45,531 nt of DNA from Octopus sinensis (taxonomy: Eukaryota). The translations under genes and the position numbers were made by a program. Each line of letters starts with the position of its first letter. Position 1 is the first letter of the stretch. The notes beneath the pieces were generated by a model. The model worked only from the letters and a program-made list of their open reading frames with translations. It did no database searches and had not been told where the DNA came from. The stretch spans positions 1-45,531 of the forward strand of contig NW_021834831.1 of NCBI RefSeq assembly GCF_006345805.1, written 5' to 3'. Positions 1 to 11,874 of this stretch are shown in pieces.

Positions 1-212
1 GACAAAAAGAGGGATGAAACTCGAATCGAAAGGAAACGCGCTGCATTTGAAAAATCTACATAGGAGGTTCTGGACGTCTCTTTGACAGAATTAAATTCGT
101 TGTCCTACTGTTTTCACTCTGTAGCAGTGAATCATTGATTCTCAGTCGCATATATTTTGGTACAGCTTCATTGTTTGTATGCTGCGATTCAGACAGAATT
201 CTATGTACTATA

Positions 213-443
213 GACACAAGGCCTGAAATTTTATGTGGTGGTGAGTCGGGATTGAGTGGGGCGGTGTGTGTTGGGGTTAGTCGATTACATCGACTTATGA
301 GCTCCACTGGTACTTATTTTATCAACTGCGAAAGGATGGTAGGTCAAAGTCGGCCTCAGCAAGATTTTAACCCAGAACGTACAGCCGGAAGTAATTCCGC
401 AAACCATTTTGTCCGGCGTGCTAAGGATCCAGTCAGCTCAACG
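213..443 (-). mobile_element. tRNA-derived SINE family A, diverged copy
   Basis: Reverse complement matches the younger copies at 19966 and 23673 (A-box head, GAGTTCAAATT B-box, GTCGACTTTGCCTTTCATCC...GATAAA.TAAGTACCAG core). Confidence 0.8.
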
Positions 444-479
444 CTTTATTTTCAGGATTTAATCCCTTCTACTTTAAGC

Positions 480-680
480 ATAATGCTTAAAATTTTATGG
501 GCGGAGATGGCTAGTCGATTATATTGACACCGGTGCGCAAATGGCACTTATTTTATCGACCCCGGAAGGATGTAAGGCAAAATCGACTTCTGCGGGATTT
601 GAACTCAGAACGTAAAGCCGGAAGAAATGCCGCTAAGCATTCTGTCCGTCATGCTAATGATTACGTCAGCTAGAAGCCTT
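480..680 (-). mobile_element. SINE family A, diverged copy
   Basis: cttattttatcgaccccggaaggatgtaaggcaaaatcgac...tttgaactcagaacgtaa is the reverse complement of the family A core and B-box. Confidence 0.8.
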
Positions 681-989
681 ATTTTCAGAATATAATGCTG
701 TGATAAAACGGACAACACTTCGAAGCTAGTTTGACTAATACCACAAACATCGAGTCATTCTTAACTAAGATCTACACGAAGAGGCCAGAATTATATTAAG
801 TTAGGATAGGTACAAGTGAACTGCCTCAAATCCATTTTTGGGGGTAGGTTTAAACCCAAACATGACCTGTGGATAAACCATCTAGAAATAAATATCAAAA
901 ATAGATTCCAATGAATAGGAAATCTCAGTGACGTAGCTAGGAGTGTTTGTCTCCCATGGAAACATTGAGTGTGTCACCCCTAGGGCCGG

Positions 990-1044
990 ATCTGTCTGTC
1001 TCTCTCTCGTCTCTCTCTGTCTCTCTCTCTCTCTCTCTAGTATA

Positions 1045-1095
<51 letters not shown>

Positions 1096-1098
1096 TAT
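990..1098. repeat. (CT)n + (TA)n microsatellite
   Basis: Directly visible. Confidence 0.95.
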
Positions 1099-1099
1099 G

Positions 1100-1555
1100 G
1101 CCTGGCCCTCTCAAGGTATGGACGACAATTCTTTTTGCTCCGCTCGTCGTTCATAAAAAAATCCACGTTCGCAATACTTTTTTTCGTTCGGCGTTAACAG
1201 CCCTCCTTATCTTGTTTTTCCTTGTCCTGTCTTTTACTGTTTATGATTTGTACTGTCGTTACTGTCCTGTTTTTGTTACCATCTTTTACCCCTCTGCGGA
1301 AAGATCTCAGAATTTTAATTGATTTGCTTTTCGCAGGAAGGAAAGTTTCTTGTCGAAGATACGTCTCGCTTTCACCTTCGAAACGTAGAGTAGATGAAAC
1401 CATAGCGACTGAAGAAGGGGTTTTTCTTTGTGTTAATTGTCCTGTACTCTATTTTTTTGTTGTTTAAAAAAATGTCCAGTTCCTTTGGTTTGTGTCTATG
1501 TTTTCGTTTCTCATTGTGTTCGACGTCTTTTTGGTGTCCTGTACTCATATATGCG
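1100..1555 (+). mobile_element. Non-coding dispersed repeat, possibly a PLE pseudo-LTR remnant
   Basis: 1376-1550 is homologous to the reverse complement of 5245-5430; 1185-1300 is homologous to the reverse complement of 1660-1740. Contains CGAAACG and CTGAAGA motifs and is bounded by TA-rich microsatellites. Confidence 0.5.
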
Positions 1556-1656
1556 TGTATATGTACATGTAGAGGTAGGTACGTACATATATGTTTATAT
1601 ATATGCATATGTTTTATTTTATTTATTAATATATTATATATATATATATATATATC

Positions 1657-1745
1657 GATAAACGTCGCGGAGGGTCAAAGTTGGTAACAAAAACAAGATA
1701 GTGAAAACAGACAGGGAGGGCTGCTAAGCCAAGACGAGTTGAATT
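1657..1745 (-). mobile_element. Inverted partial copy of the 1100-1555 repeat family
   Basis: Shared cagccctcc and tgtttttgttacca...ccctc.gcg in opposite orientation. Confidence 0.55.
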
Positions 1746-2326
1746 GGCGAACGCGGCGAAACAAGCTCTGACAGGTGACACACATTCCTGGTGACAATTT
1801 ATGCTTGGAAGATTTGGCTATCCGTTAGGTTTAAGCAATTGTTTTTCGTTACATCAGTAAGAACTAGATTTGTCTTTTACGTTAAAACATTGATAAAAAA
1901 TTGTTGCACATCTATGTATAAAATACTCGTATATACAGGGAAAAGACAAAAAAATTGCTTGCGATGAATTTTTGCCACCATCAAAGAAATCAGACATATT
2001 TTCAGGGCATTAACAATAAATTTCCCTTATCTAAGTAGCTTATAGTAAAGCTATAGGCCTTCACCAATTATCGGAATAATCTTATAGCCTTAGTGGCTTG
2101 ACAAACTTAGTGAAAGACATTCTTTTTACTCTAAAATATTCTTTCCCATAATTCAGTGCAATTGGAAGACATTACCCTTGTTAATCTCAATAGACGCTTC
2201 TATCTAGAATTTCTCTTCCAGTTTGCTCCAATAGAAACATATGTATTTTGAATGTAACTTACATTCATGTACTGTTTATTTTACCCGCGTTCCCACGTAA
2301 ATATGCACTTTATATCGCAGCACATT

Positions 2327-2410
<84 letters not shown>

Positions 2411-3312
2411 ATATATATACAATACTATATTGTATTATGTTATATTATATATTACTCGCTTGAATTCTGAAGAGTTCTACTTGGGATTGTTACCATATCC
2501 AAATGAATAAATGTCGTGTCGAAAGAGGTTGACAAATTTTCTCTCATATGATGCAACTGATAAAGAATGTCAATGCTAGGTTCTCCCCACTCACTCTCTC
2601 CTTCACATTACAATTTCTATATCCTATTTTATTCGTTCACTATATTTATAAAGAATGTCTGGGCCACGCCCCATAACACGTCACTTACAAGCTGCATGCA
2701 TAGAAACGTTAAACTACGTCTTTAAAGGATTACTACACGATGCTTTTATGAGCTCCTCGTGTACAAAACTCATATTTCTTGCCACAGAGGTTCATCTTAG
2801 TTTATCATGTGATCTTCAACAGCATAACGCTGTTTGCTCATTTGTTGTTTGTTTTATTGTTTTGTTATGTTTTTTTTTCCTTGTGTAAACAGGAACTAGC
2901 AAATCACCAAAATCTTCAGTTTTTCTCCATTAATTTTTTTCTTCTTTCTTTATACAACAAACGGTAAACCACTTGAAATCCTTCGAAGTGTTATGCATTC
3001 CTTATGTCATTTATTAAGTTATCAAATTTTGGTAATATCCCAAGGCTTCAATGTTATCACTTCCCATGTGATGTTCCATAACCAAAATTTATAATAAGGA
3101 ATACTTGAATATATAAAACATTTAGCTATCTGCATTTCTAAGAGAGGGAAATAAATGGCTTTTAACATTTTCATGTGCGTGTTTTAATCGATAAAACACT
3201 TCCCCCAATGAAAGATAAATGTTCACGATTTGAGGAAGTGTTAAAGGATCCGCTGTTCAGTGAAAGAAGCCGAGGAGAAAGCGTTTAAAATTAATCTTTA
3301 AATTGTGTGACT

Positions 3313-3315
3313 ATG

Positions 3316-3406
<91 letters not shown>

Positions 3407-3447
3407 GTCTATCTATCTGTCTATCTATCTATCTATCTATCTATCTG

Positions 3448-3533
<86 letters not shown>

Positions 3534-3535
3534 CA
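3313..3535. repeat. (TATC)n microsatellite
   Basis: Directly visible; source of the YLSI ORFs. Confidence 0.97.
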
Positions 3536-3555
3536 TACATACATATATATAATAT

Positions 3556-3945
3556 ACTCTTTACTCTTTTACTTGTTTCAGTCATTTGACTGCGGCCATA
3601 CTGGAGCACCGTATCGACCCCAGGACTTATTCTTTGTAAGCCTAGTACTTATTCTATCGGTCTCTTTTGCCGAGCCGCTGAGTTACGGGGACGTAAGCAC
3701 ACCAGCATCTGTTGTCAAGCGATGTTGGGTGGGGGACAAACACAGACACACAAACATATACACACACATACATATATACATACATATATACGACGGGCTT
3801 CTTTCAGTTTCCGTCTACCAAATCCACTCACAAGGCCCGAGGCTATAGTAGAAGACACTTGCCCAAGGTGCCACGCAGTGGGACTGAACCTGGAACCACG
3901 TGACTCGTAAGCAAGCTACTTAACACACAGCCACTCCTACACCTA
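3556..3945 (-). mobile_element. tRNA-derived SINE family B (CORE-like, octopus OR-type), full length
   Basis: Head GGAGTGGCTGTGT..TAAG / GGTTCAGTCCC, CACCTTGGGCAAGTGTCTT, internal TA/TG microsatellite and tail CAGTCAAATGACTGAAACAAGTAAAAGAGT; many copies in the window. Confidence 0.9.
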
Positions 3946-4189
3946 CACCTATATATATATATATATATATATATAAACATACATATGTATATATATATAT
4001 ATATATATACTTGTATGTGCAACCTATGCCTGCATGGAAAACGGACGTTAAATGATGATGATGATGATGATGATGATGATATATGTATGATATATTGGTT
4101 TTCAAATTTTGGCACAAAGCCAGCAAATTCAGGAGAGGGCTTAAGTCGATTACAATAAACTTGTCGGAGAGTAACCAGTACATTGGCAG

Positions 4190-4450
4190 TTTGCTTTTCT
4201 CAGCCTGACGAATAAAGGATCCTTGGCTGGGAGCTGATAACACCAAGTTGCCACTGGAGAAGGTGTCACAGCATGTGGAATCTCAGGTGAGGAGCCTACC
4301 GAACAGAACGGGAAAAATTGTCGTCACCCGGCCTTTTTCTGTCCCCTCGAGATTGCCCCGCTAGTCGAGCTGGGAAGGGAAGCCTGCGGCGTCTAGGCTT
4401 CTTATATGTTGCATACGTATATGCATATAATATATATATATATATAATAT

Positions 4451-4482
<32 letters not shown>

Positions 4483-5045
4483 ATATATATATATATATAT
4501 TCTCCATGGCGCAAGCCTGGGCGATAGAAACGAAGACACTGGGCTGCCCAGACACCAGAATCTTCCTCTCGCCCCCCCCCCCGACATAATCCAAAGGAAT
4601 GCAGTGCAGTACGTTTGGAGTCTGGTTGGCTGCAGGAGTTGCCGGAAAGGGGTCGAGATTCGACACCCTACCGCCTTCGGGGCTCCACTCCGGATTTTCT
4701 GTCTGGGTTTACTCCCATAGCCTTTCCCTCTCCCAAGAGCATCCGCAAGGCAGCGGAGCGAGGGTTTGGAGTCAGAGTTTTCCTTCTCCTAGACTGGCTG
4801 CCAACCAAGGCTAACGAGCCCAGTCTGCCCACCCGGTTATGCCGCCAAGCACCCGGTCGTTCCACACAGCAGGCTCAGTGAGAACAGGGGGTACCGCGTG
4901 AAGGTGCTGCTGTGGACACAGTAGTGCAGGAGAGGCCATAAGCAAGAACTTTCCGCAAGGCGCAGCCAGGTAGAAGTTCTGCAGCGATCATTACACCTGG
5001 AGAGGAGAGGCTATGAGTGGACGCAATCACTTTCCTTTGCCCCCC

Positions 5046-5048
<3 letters not shown>
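4190..5048 (-). mobile_element. GC-rich RTE-clade LINE 5' UTR-like fragment, interrupted by (TA)n at about 4425-4500
   Basis: Motifs CAGCCAGTCTAGGAGAAGGAAAACTCTG and GGGAGTAAACCC...AAATCCGGAGTGGAGCCCC resemble RTE 5' UTRs as recalled; no ORF. Assignment of 4190-4405 to the same element is weaker. Confidence 0.6.
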
Positions 5049-5099
<51 letters not shown>

Positions 5100-5244
5100 T
5101 ATATACATATATATTCAGATAAAACTTACTTGGAAAAGAATACGTGGTGTTCAATCATATAATAATATAAATAATATATAAATATATGCATATATACATA
5201 CATATCTGTACATACCTACATATATAAGCATATATACATGCATA

Positions 5245-5700
5245 TATGGGTACAGAACATTAAAAAACGTTAAACACAATGAGAAACGAAAACATAAACG
5301 CGAAAACATAGAAAACGAACTCTTTTTCGAACAACGAAAAATACAAATAGAGAAACGAGACATGCAACGTAAAGAATATTCCCCTTCATCAGTTGTCCCT
5401 GTTTCATCTACTCCGCTTTCCGAAGGTAAGAACATGTGTGTGCGGGGCGGGGAGCACATGGTCGTAATAATATGGTAGCATGAACCACGCCTTCATTAAA
5501 TGTTTTAGGCCACAGTCTATTTGCTATGAAAGAAAGACATCCGCACAGTCGTGCTACTCTTAATACCAAAGGTTTGACAGCGGAAAGGAAAGGGAAAAGG
5601 ACTGCTCTCACGTTCAAGTGAGCAGAGCAGAGGAACCCGAAATGAAAGCAACTCGCTCCCAACGATAAAACCCTCGTTGCTCGTTCCAGGACTCGGGCTC
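5245..5700 (-). mobile_element. Second copy of the 1100-1555 repeat family
   Basis: Reverse complement reads accttcggaaagcggagtagatgaaacagggacaactgatgaagggg versus accttcgaaacgtagagtagatgaaaccatagcgactgaagaagggg at 1375; the boundary near 5700 is uncertain. Confidence 0.55.
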
Positions 5701-6059
5701 ACTATTATCTTATTATTACCTTAACATCAGGTAAACTTAATAGATATATTGATGCATGTGCTTTAGTGTTGGTGTCAATAAAATGTGTTGATGTATGTAT
5801 GCATGTATACACAAACATACACACACACATACATACACACACGCACTCACACTCACTCACACACACTCACACATACACAGGGTGACAGCGCTGAGCGGTG
5901 ATGTGCATAAATACAAACTTGTTACCAATTCAAATGTGTTTTGGACATATTCAAACCTGTAATAAAGCCATTCATTGTAGTTTGTCTTGGAGAAAATTTC
6001 TTGCTGTAGGCAGAGAGATGTAAATACACCGAGTCAGCTCATGCCGTCAACTAACTGAA

Positions 6060-6107
6060 CTGTGGGATGCATGCATTTCGGAGTGGTAAGCTCCTCTTCA
6101 GGCACAG
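6060..6107 (-). ncRNA. Type I hammerhead ribozyme motif
   Basis: Minus strand: CUGUG-C CUGAAGA GGAG cuuacca CUCC GAAA UGCAUGCA UC^ C-CACAG. Core intact, 4-bp stem II, palindromic stem III, 5-bp stem I with a C.C mismatch next to the core. Confidence 0.8.
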
Positions 6108-6479
6108 AGACCGAAAAGGTAGACGCTGCAAAGTGACACGAGAAACAGGCCCCTCTTATGATATTCCAATCATCGTTCAATTATCGGTTGCAACTCCAAA
6201 GTTAATGAAAGAAATCATCTCTTTTCAATCCTAGAAACAGATGTAACGCCTTACCGTCTTATTATAATGAGGAAGAGAACGATGGGCAGTAAATACATGA
6301 ATCACACGGTCTGCAACGCTGGGTTAAAATCACTAAGTCAAAATAGAAAATATGAAATGGGAAGCAAAAGAAATAAAATGAGACCATCTATGGTGTATTA
6401 GGGCTAAATTTGACAATATTCATCAGAGGAAAAGAAAACACAATGCCCCATCAACAAAAAGTAATATTTTTAAAAAATC

Positions 6480-7240
6480 AAAAATTATCACTAGCTTATG
6501 GTTAGGAGATTGCAGTTTACTCGAAGAAACCACTCTTAGCTTCCACCACAGCCTCAAGAGAGCACCAAAACCTGGCGTATGCTTTCCTCAGTGTGCCCCT
6601 GGAAAGATCTTTGAACAACTCCTTGACCTTAGCCACAGTGTTTGTGTTGCAGGCAGAGCGGTTGGTGTATTTCTCAGTAAGAGGTTCGGATTAGAATCTA
6701 GGAAATTAGGCGGTCAGAAATTGAAGCTCGTGAAATTGTAGAAATTCTCCGACAACCACTTCTGACTCTGTCCGGAGATATGGCAAGGAGCCGAATCATG
6801 CCGCCACACATATGACCTTTCAGTAGCAACCCACTCTAGCCAGTGATTAACCACAATCTCCAGTAGCTTTACATAGCCGTCTGAATTGAGCTTAAAGCCC
6901 TGTTCAAAGATGTGGGGAGAGATTCCCAAAGATCATCACAGTTTGGGGAAACTCAAGTTTTCACGATGTCCATGTCACATCTTACAGCCTTTACGGTGTT
7001 CACAGAGCACTGAGAAGCAGTTATGATGTTAACATTTTGATACCTGGCGCGAACCATCATTACACATAACTTTTTACCAATATTCAACTGGTTTTCAGTC
7101 TTCCATGCCAGCTAAGTTTTTCTCAACTACAGTTTTAATCTTCATGTTCTCCCACGCTGTTGACTATTCGGCAATACATCAAACTGTTCCTGAAAATAAT
7201 GAGACATAAATATCATCAAATTTATCCCGAACACCTTCTA
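6480..7240 (-). mobile_element. Degenerate Tc1/mariner (maT/DD37D-like) DNA transposon
   Basis: ORF 6714-6929 contains YVKLLE..V..W...YVWRHDSAPCH..QKWL, followed by *PPNFLDSNP (WPPNSPDLNP relic) and LEAVVEAKSGFFE; stops and deletions present. Confidence 0.75.
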
Positions 7241-7279
7241 CCCCTGGGAAGGTATGTATTTGATAGTGCTTCAAATAGA

Positions 7280-7600
7280 AAGATCAACTGATAGACGATT
7301 TTAATAAATCGGCAGAAACATTTAGGAAAATATTAAGCGGTGGTTTGCGAAGAAATGGACTTCGATTTTGTAGATCAAGCTTGATTGTTGGTAACAACCA
7401 AATTTCAAGAACATAAATTGTTGATTTAACAAACAGGACGATGTAGATCCTTTTTTAGTCACCTCGACATCCGAAATGCTCACGGGCTTTTTCGAGACTG
7501 ACTTTTATTACTTCGATTGAGAATTTAATGACGCAGAAGGAAATCAGGGTCGTAAATAGCCTAATAAAACCTATCGGCTGCAAATTGATTGCCCTTATGG
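7280..7600 (-). pseudogene. Possible highly decayed Penelope-like RT fragment
   Basis: Frame-shifted relics TLISFCV, FLKFGCYQQ, PLNIF and RLSVDLF occur in the order expected for a PLE RT (SFDV, F..YQQ, ANIF, RYVDDIF); weak. Confidence 0.3.
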
Positions 7601-7670
7601 GTTCCGTTTTCATTTGATCGTACCTATATGCATTAATAAATTTTTATGATGTCGATAATATATTATATCG

Positions 7671-8026
7671 TAGCACTCCGTCGGTTACGACGACGAGGGT
7701 TCCAGTTGATCCGATCAACGGAACAGCCTGCTTGTGAAATTAACGTGCAAGTACTCCATAGACATGTGTACCCTTATTGTAGTTCTCGGGGAGATTCAGC
7801 GTGACACAAAGTATGACAAGGCTGGCCCTTTGAAATACAGGTACAGTTGAAACAGGAAGAAAGGATGAAAGTTGTGGTGAAAGAGTACAGCAGGGCTCGC
7901 CACCACCCCGTGCCAGAGCTTCGTGGAACTTTAGGTGTTTTCGCTCAATAACCACTCACAACGCCCAGTCTGGGAATCGAAGCCACGACCCTACGACTGC
8001 GAGTCCTCTGCTCTAACCACTGAGCC
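7671..8026 (-). mobile_element. tRNA-derived SINE family C, full length
   Basis: Head TGGCTCAGTGGTTAGAGC...GCTTCGATTCCC (A and B boxes); its 3' part recurs at 40115-40195 and its middle at 38225-38270. Confidence 0.85.
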
Positions 8027-8096
<70 letters not shown>

Positions 8097-8876
8097 TCCC
8101 GCCGTTCTTTTATTTAAATTTTTAAAAGGCTTAATAAAAAATAATAACTAATTAATCAATGATGTATTCACCCTTGTTGTTTGCAACTTCTTCCCAACGT
8201 TCAACACGATTTTCAATACCTTGTTGATAGAAATCAACCGATTTCAACTCGAAAAACTGATCCAACCAAGCTCTCAATTCTGCATCAGTACTGAACGAAA
8301 TTCCGCACATAGCATTTGAAAGAGATCGAAAGAGGCGGAGATCCGTTGGTGCCAAATCAGGAGAGTACGGCGGGTGTGGCAGCACTTCCCAGCCATGCGT
8401 TTGAATGGCTTCTTTGGTCATATTGGCGATATGAGGGCGGGCGTCGTCGTGCAGCAGAAGAACTCCATGCTGACGATTAGGTCTTCCTCTTGAATAGCCG
8501 GGTTGAGTCGTTCCATCTGTTGAACATAGAGTTCCGCGTTGACCGTTTGGTTCCGTTCAAGCAATTCGTAATGGATAATCCCTTCCCAGTCCCACCATAC
8601 GCACAACATCGTTTTATGCGGATGAAGATCTTGTTCCACGCGCGGTTTCGCTTGTTTACCGGGGCTAAGCCATTCCTTACGCTGCTTCATAATAATGTAC
8701 AGGCACCATTTTTCGTTGCCAGTAACAATTCGGTAAAGAAATCGTTGCTTGTATCCATGAGTTGAGCGGTGACGAGCAAGCAAACCAGCGGAGATTGTGG
8801 CTCGTTGATTTTTGTTTTTGTCACTTAAAGCATGCGGAACCCATGCTCCATATTTCTGAACCTTTCCCATCGAGTG
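8097..8876 (-). pseudogene. mariner (DD34D) transposase, 5'-truncated and frameshifted
   Basis: WVPHALS, RIVTGNEKW, KTMLCVWW, HDDARPH (shifted frame) and HPPYSPDLAPTD motifs; stop at 8152-8154. Confidence 0.92.
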
Positions 8877-9081
8877 AGAGTTAGAGCTTCCAACGAACAA
8901 ACAACGACAGAGTGGACGTACAGAGTGAACAATCGATGAAGACAAACATTAAGGACCGTTAGGCCAAACGAATTGTAATGAGTAACGCCTGGGAGAATAT
9001 TTTTCAAGGAAATAGAATAATTAGAAGATAAGAAAATAGTAGAAGAAAAAATTCTGGATCCGAGATAAATGACATCCAACC

Positions 9082-9648
9082 CTCAGTGGTTAGAGCAGAG
9101 GACTCGCAGTCGTAGGGTCGTGGCTTCGATTCCCAGACTGGGCGTTGTGAGTGGTTATTGAGCGAAAACACCTAAACATATATATTCTTGCTGTTCTTTC
9201 TCTGATGACGGTCTAAGGAAACTAGAAACCAATCCTCACACGTTTTCTGTCTACCGAAAAATATATATGGCTCAGTGGTTAGAGCAGAGGACTCGCAGTC
9301 GTAGGGTCGTGGCTTCGATTCCCAGACTGGGCGTTGTGAGTGGTTATTGAGTGAAAACACCTAAACATATATATTCTTGCTGTTCTTTCTCTGATGACGA
9401 TCTAAGGAAACTAGAAACCAATCCTCACTACACGTTTTCTGTCTACCGAAAAATATATATGGCTCAGTGGTTAGAGCAGAGGACTCGCAGTCGTAGGGTC
9501 GTGGCTTCGATTCCCAGGCTGGGCGTTGTGAGTGGTTATTGAGCGAAAACACCTAAATATATATATTCTTGCTGTTCTTTCTCTGATGACGGTCTAAGGA
9601 AACTAGAAACCAATCCTCACTACACGTTTTCTGTCTACAGAAAAATAT
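9082..9648 (+). repeat. Three-unit tandem array (189/192 bp): SINE-C tRNA-like head + about 95-bp spacer
   Basis: Units start at 9082, 9271 and 9463 and are nearly identical. Confidence 0.95.
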
Positions 9649-10442
9649 AACTTATGGTGTAAACACTTTATTTTTCACAGCGTGATTAGAATTGCAGGTT
9701 TATTGAGAAAAGTATATTCTTCATTTTAATATGTATGTGTGGGTGTGCGCACGCACGTCCGCATATGCATATATGCATATATGTACGTGTAGGTGTGCAT
9801 AAATACAAACACTTACATATATACATACACACACGCATACACACATTCGCATACACACACATACCTACATAGATACATACACAAACATTTTTACCTTTTC
9901 AAACGTTCTACTGGTGACAAACGACTTCCCCTTCCGGTGCCGAACTATACCTATCCCGGAACCTGAAAATAAAGCAATGACATTGATTCTTGTTTTATTT
10001 TTAGTTCTGATTTTCTTTGTGCTCTTCTCTTGGAGAAGGAATAAGATGTACTTCTTATTGAATACCTGGTCGCTTGAAATACTGTTAATGAAAATAAATG
10101 AAACTGAAGAGGTATGCAGCTACTGACACCTTAGAAATTATGTGGCTATTGATATAGAACAAAATACATATTAAATTAATCAGTCAAAATTTGCCTACGA
10201 CAAAGAAATCAACGTGATTGTTGATGCATTATGCTAACAGTAAAAAGAACATTTAGTGGAAAGTCTACACGAATTCTATCAGCATAGAAGAAAGAAAAGA
10301 AATGTTAAATATATTTCTTTCAATTCTTGATAATGAGACTGTGAAGTTCTAGAAATTTCGGATATGGATTTAGGATTTGCACTCTTGCAACCCAAGAGCA
10401 AAAACCTAATATGAAAATATGAAAAATACAAAGAAAAATGAA

Positions 10443-10506
10443 GCACACACGCTCACACACACACACACACACACACGCTCTCTCTCTCTCTCTCACACAC
10501 ACACAC

Positions 10507-10546
<40 letters not shown>

Positions 10547-10750
10547 ACGCACACAGAGGCATACACACTTGCACACGCACACACACATATGTATGCGCAT
10601 ATATGTACGCACACACATATATGTACGTTCAAACACATGTATATATATATATACACACACATATATATACACATACATATATATATATACGTACATACAT
10701 GTGTGTGAGTGTGTGTGTGTGCGTGTGTGGTGTGTGTGTGTGTGTGTGTA
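10443..10750. repeat. (CA)n/(CT)n/(TA)n/(TG)n compound microsatellite
   Basis: Directly visible. Confidence 0.95.
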
Positions 10751-11239
10751 GAAACACGTACTGAGACATACACACTTGCAAACATCTTGATATAGAAAAG
10801 GAACACCTGTAAACTTTGATTTATTACAAAAGAAAAAACTTACAGAAATCACTACAGAAATGAAATTAATATGGTCATGTTATTTTATTGAATTTTATAG
10901 AATTTTATTGAATTTTATTGAAAAAAAATATCTTGTTTCATCGTCGTTCCTTTTTTTTCTTCAGTTTCAATTCATTTATTTTTCATTTAAGTACATATTT
11001 CATTTCTGTGTTTTATTGGGATTTATTTAATGTAATTAAATAGTTCATGAAACTATATTTGGTATGGCGGTTCCCTTTCCAAAAAGCGATAACCATCATC
11101 ACATGACGTATTGATGGTTATAGCTTCAGGGCCGGCACAAAGAAATGAAACGGAAAGCGAGATGTTTCATTACCTATTGAACAACAGGGTTCAGAAAAAC
11201 CGAATCTGGCGTCGAGCCAACGAATGAACAACTAGACTT

Positions 11240-11575
11240 AAACTGATTTACTAGATGCAACAACCAAATCTCCCTCAAATCACGCTTTACTGTTTTAAAA
11301 GAGGGTAAATTGAATAGCTTTGTAGTACACACAATGTTTCGGTGTACAACAAAAAGATGAAATTGTCCTAGCGGAAAGTGCTGTTTGATTTTAGGCAAAA
11401 CAGCAACATCAAAAGGATCCGGTAGTGGTCCAACAAGGGAATATCGATAAGCAGCCAAATGTCCTGCTATGACCATCCCATCTGGTTTTCTTTTGGAAAA
11501 AAAAACATGGGATGGTCTGTGCAAGAATGCCTTCGGTTGTAGGTTTGTTTGACTTCAGCCTAAACAACAACTACA
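11240..11575 (+). mobile_element. Old SINE-like repeat (family D) remnant
   Basis: ctagatgcaacaaccaaatctccctcaaat motif also at about 18935, 26320 and (reverse) 42135; tail ending taaacaacaac resembles 12795-12855. Confidence 0.5.
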
Positions 11576-11874
11576 AAATCAACAATAACAACAGATGTGG
11601 CAATAACAACATCAACTGATGAGGTTTAATGATGGCTCTGAGGTCAAGAGATAAGAAAAGGCTCACAAAACTAGCTTTTTAGTGACAGGAAGTAGTTTGA
11701 CACTTCTCACTGTAAATGTTCATTGCAAGCATCCGGAAAGAATGTTTAAGGAAACACTCCATTAAATGCTGTTACATGGATGAATCCGGATTTGTTGAAG
11801 AGTTGCTGTTCCAAACAACACATTCACTGCAATAACAAAACAACAGCATTGTTATTATTATTAACCTAAAAAAA

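Noticed and set aside
1376-1420. Type II hammerhead (GAAAC...CUGAAGA), also at 5381-5427
   Set aside because: No stem I hairpin, and the stem II register is incompatible with the core.
6380-6430. Minus-strand CUGAUGA...ACCAUAGAUGGUC hammerhead
   Set aside because: GAA is missing and there is no stem I; at most a dead relic.
9202-9268. Intact hammerhead in the tandem spacer
   Set aside because: CUGAUGA and GAAA are present, but no stem I forms in any register I tried.
9082-9648. CRISPR array or tRNA gene cluster
   Set aside because: Spacers are identical, there are no cas genes and the context is eukaryotic; the heads lack proper acceptor and anticodon stems and match a SINE.
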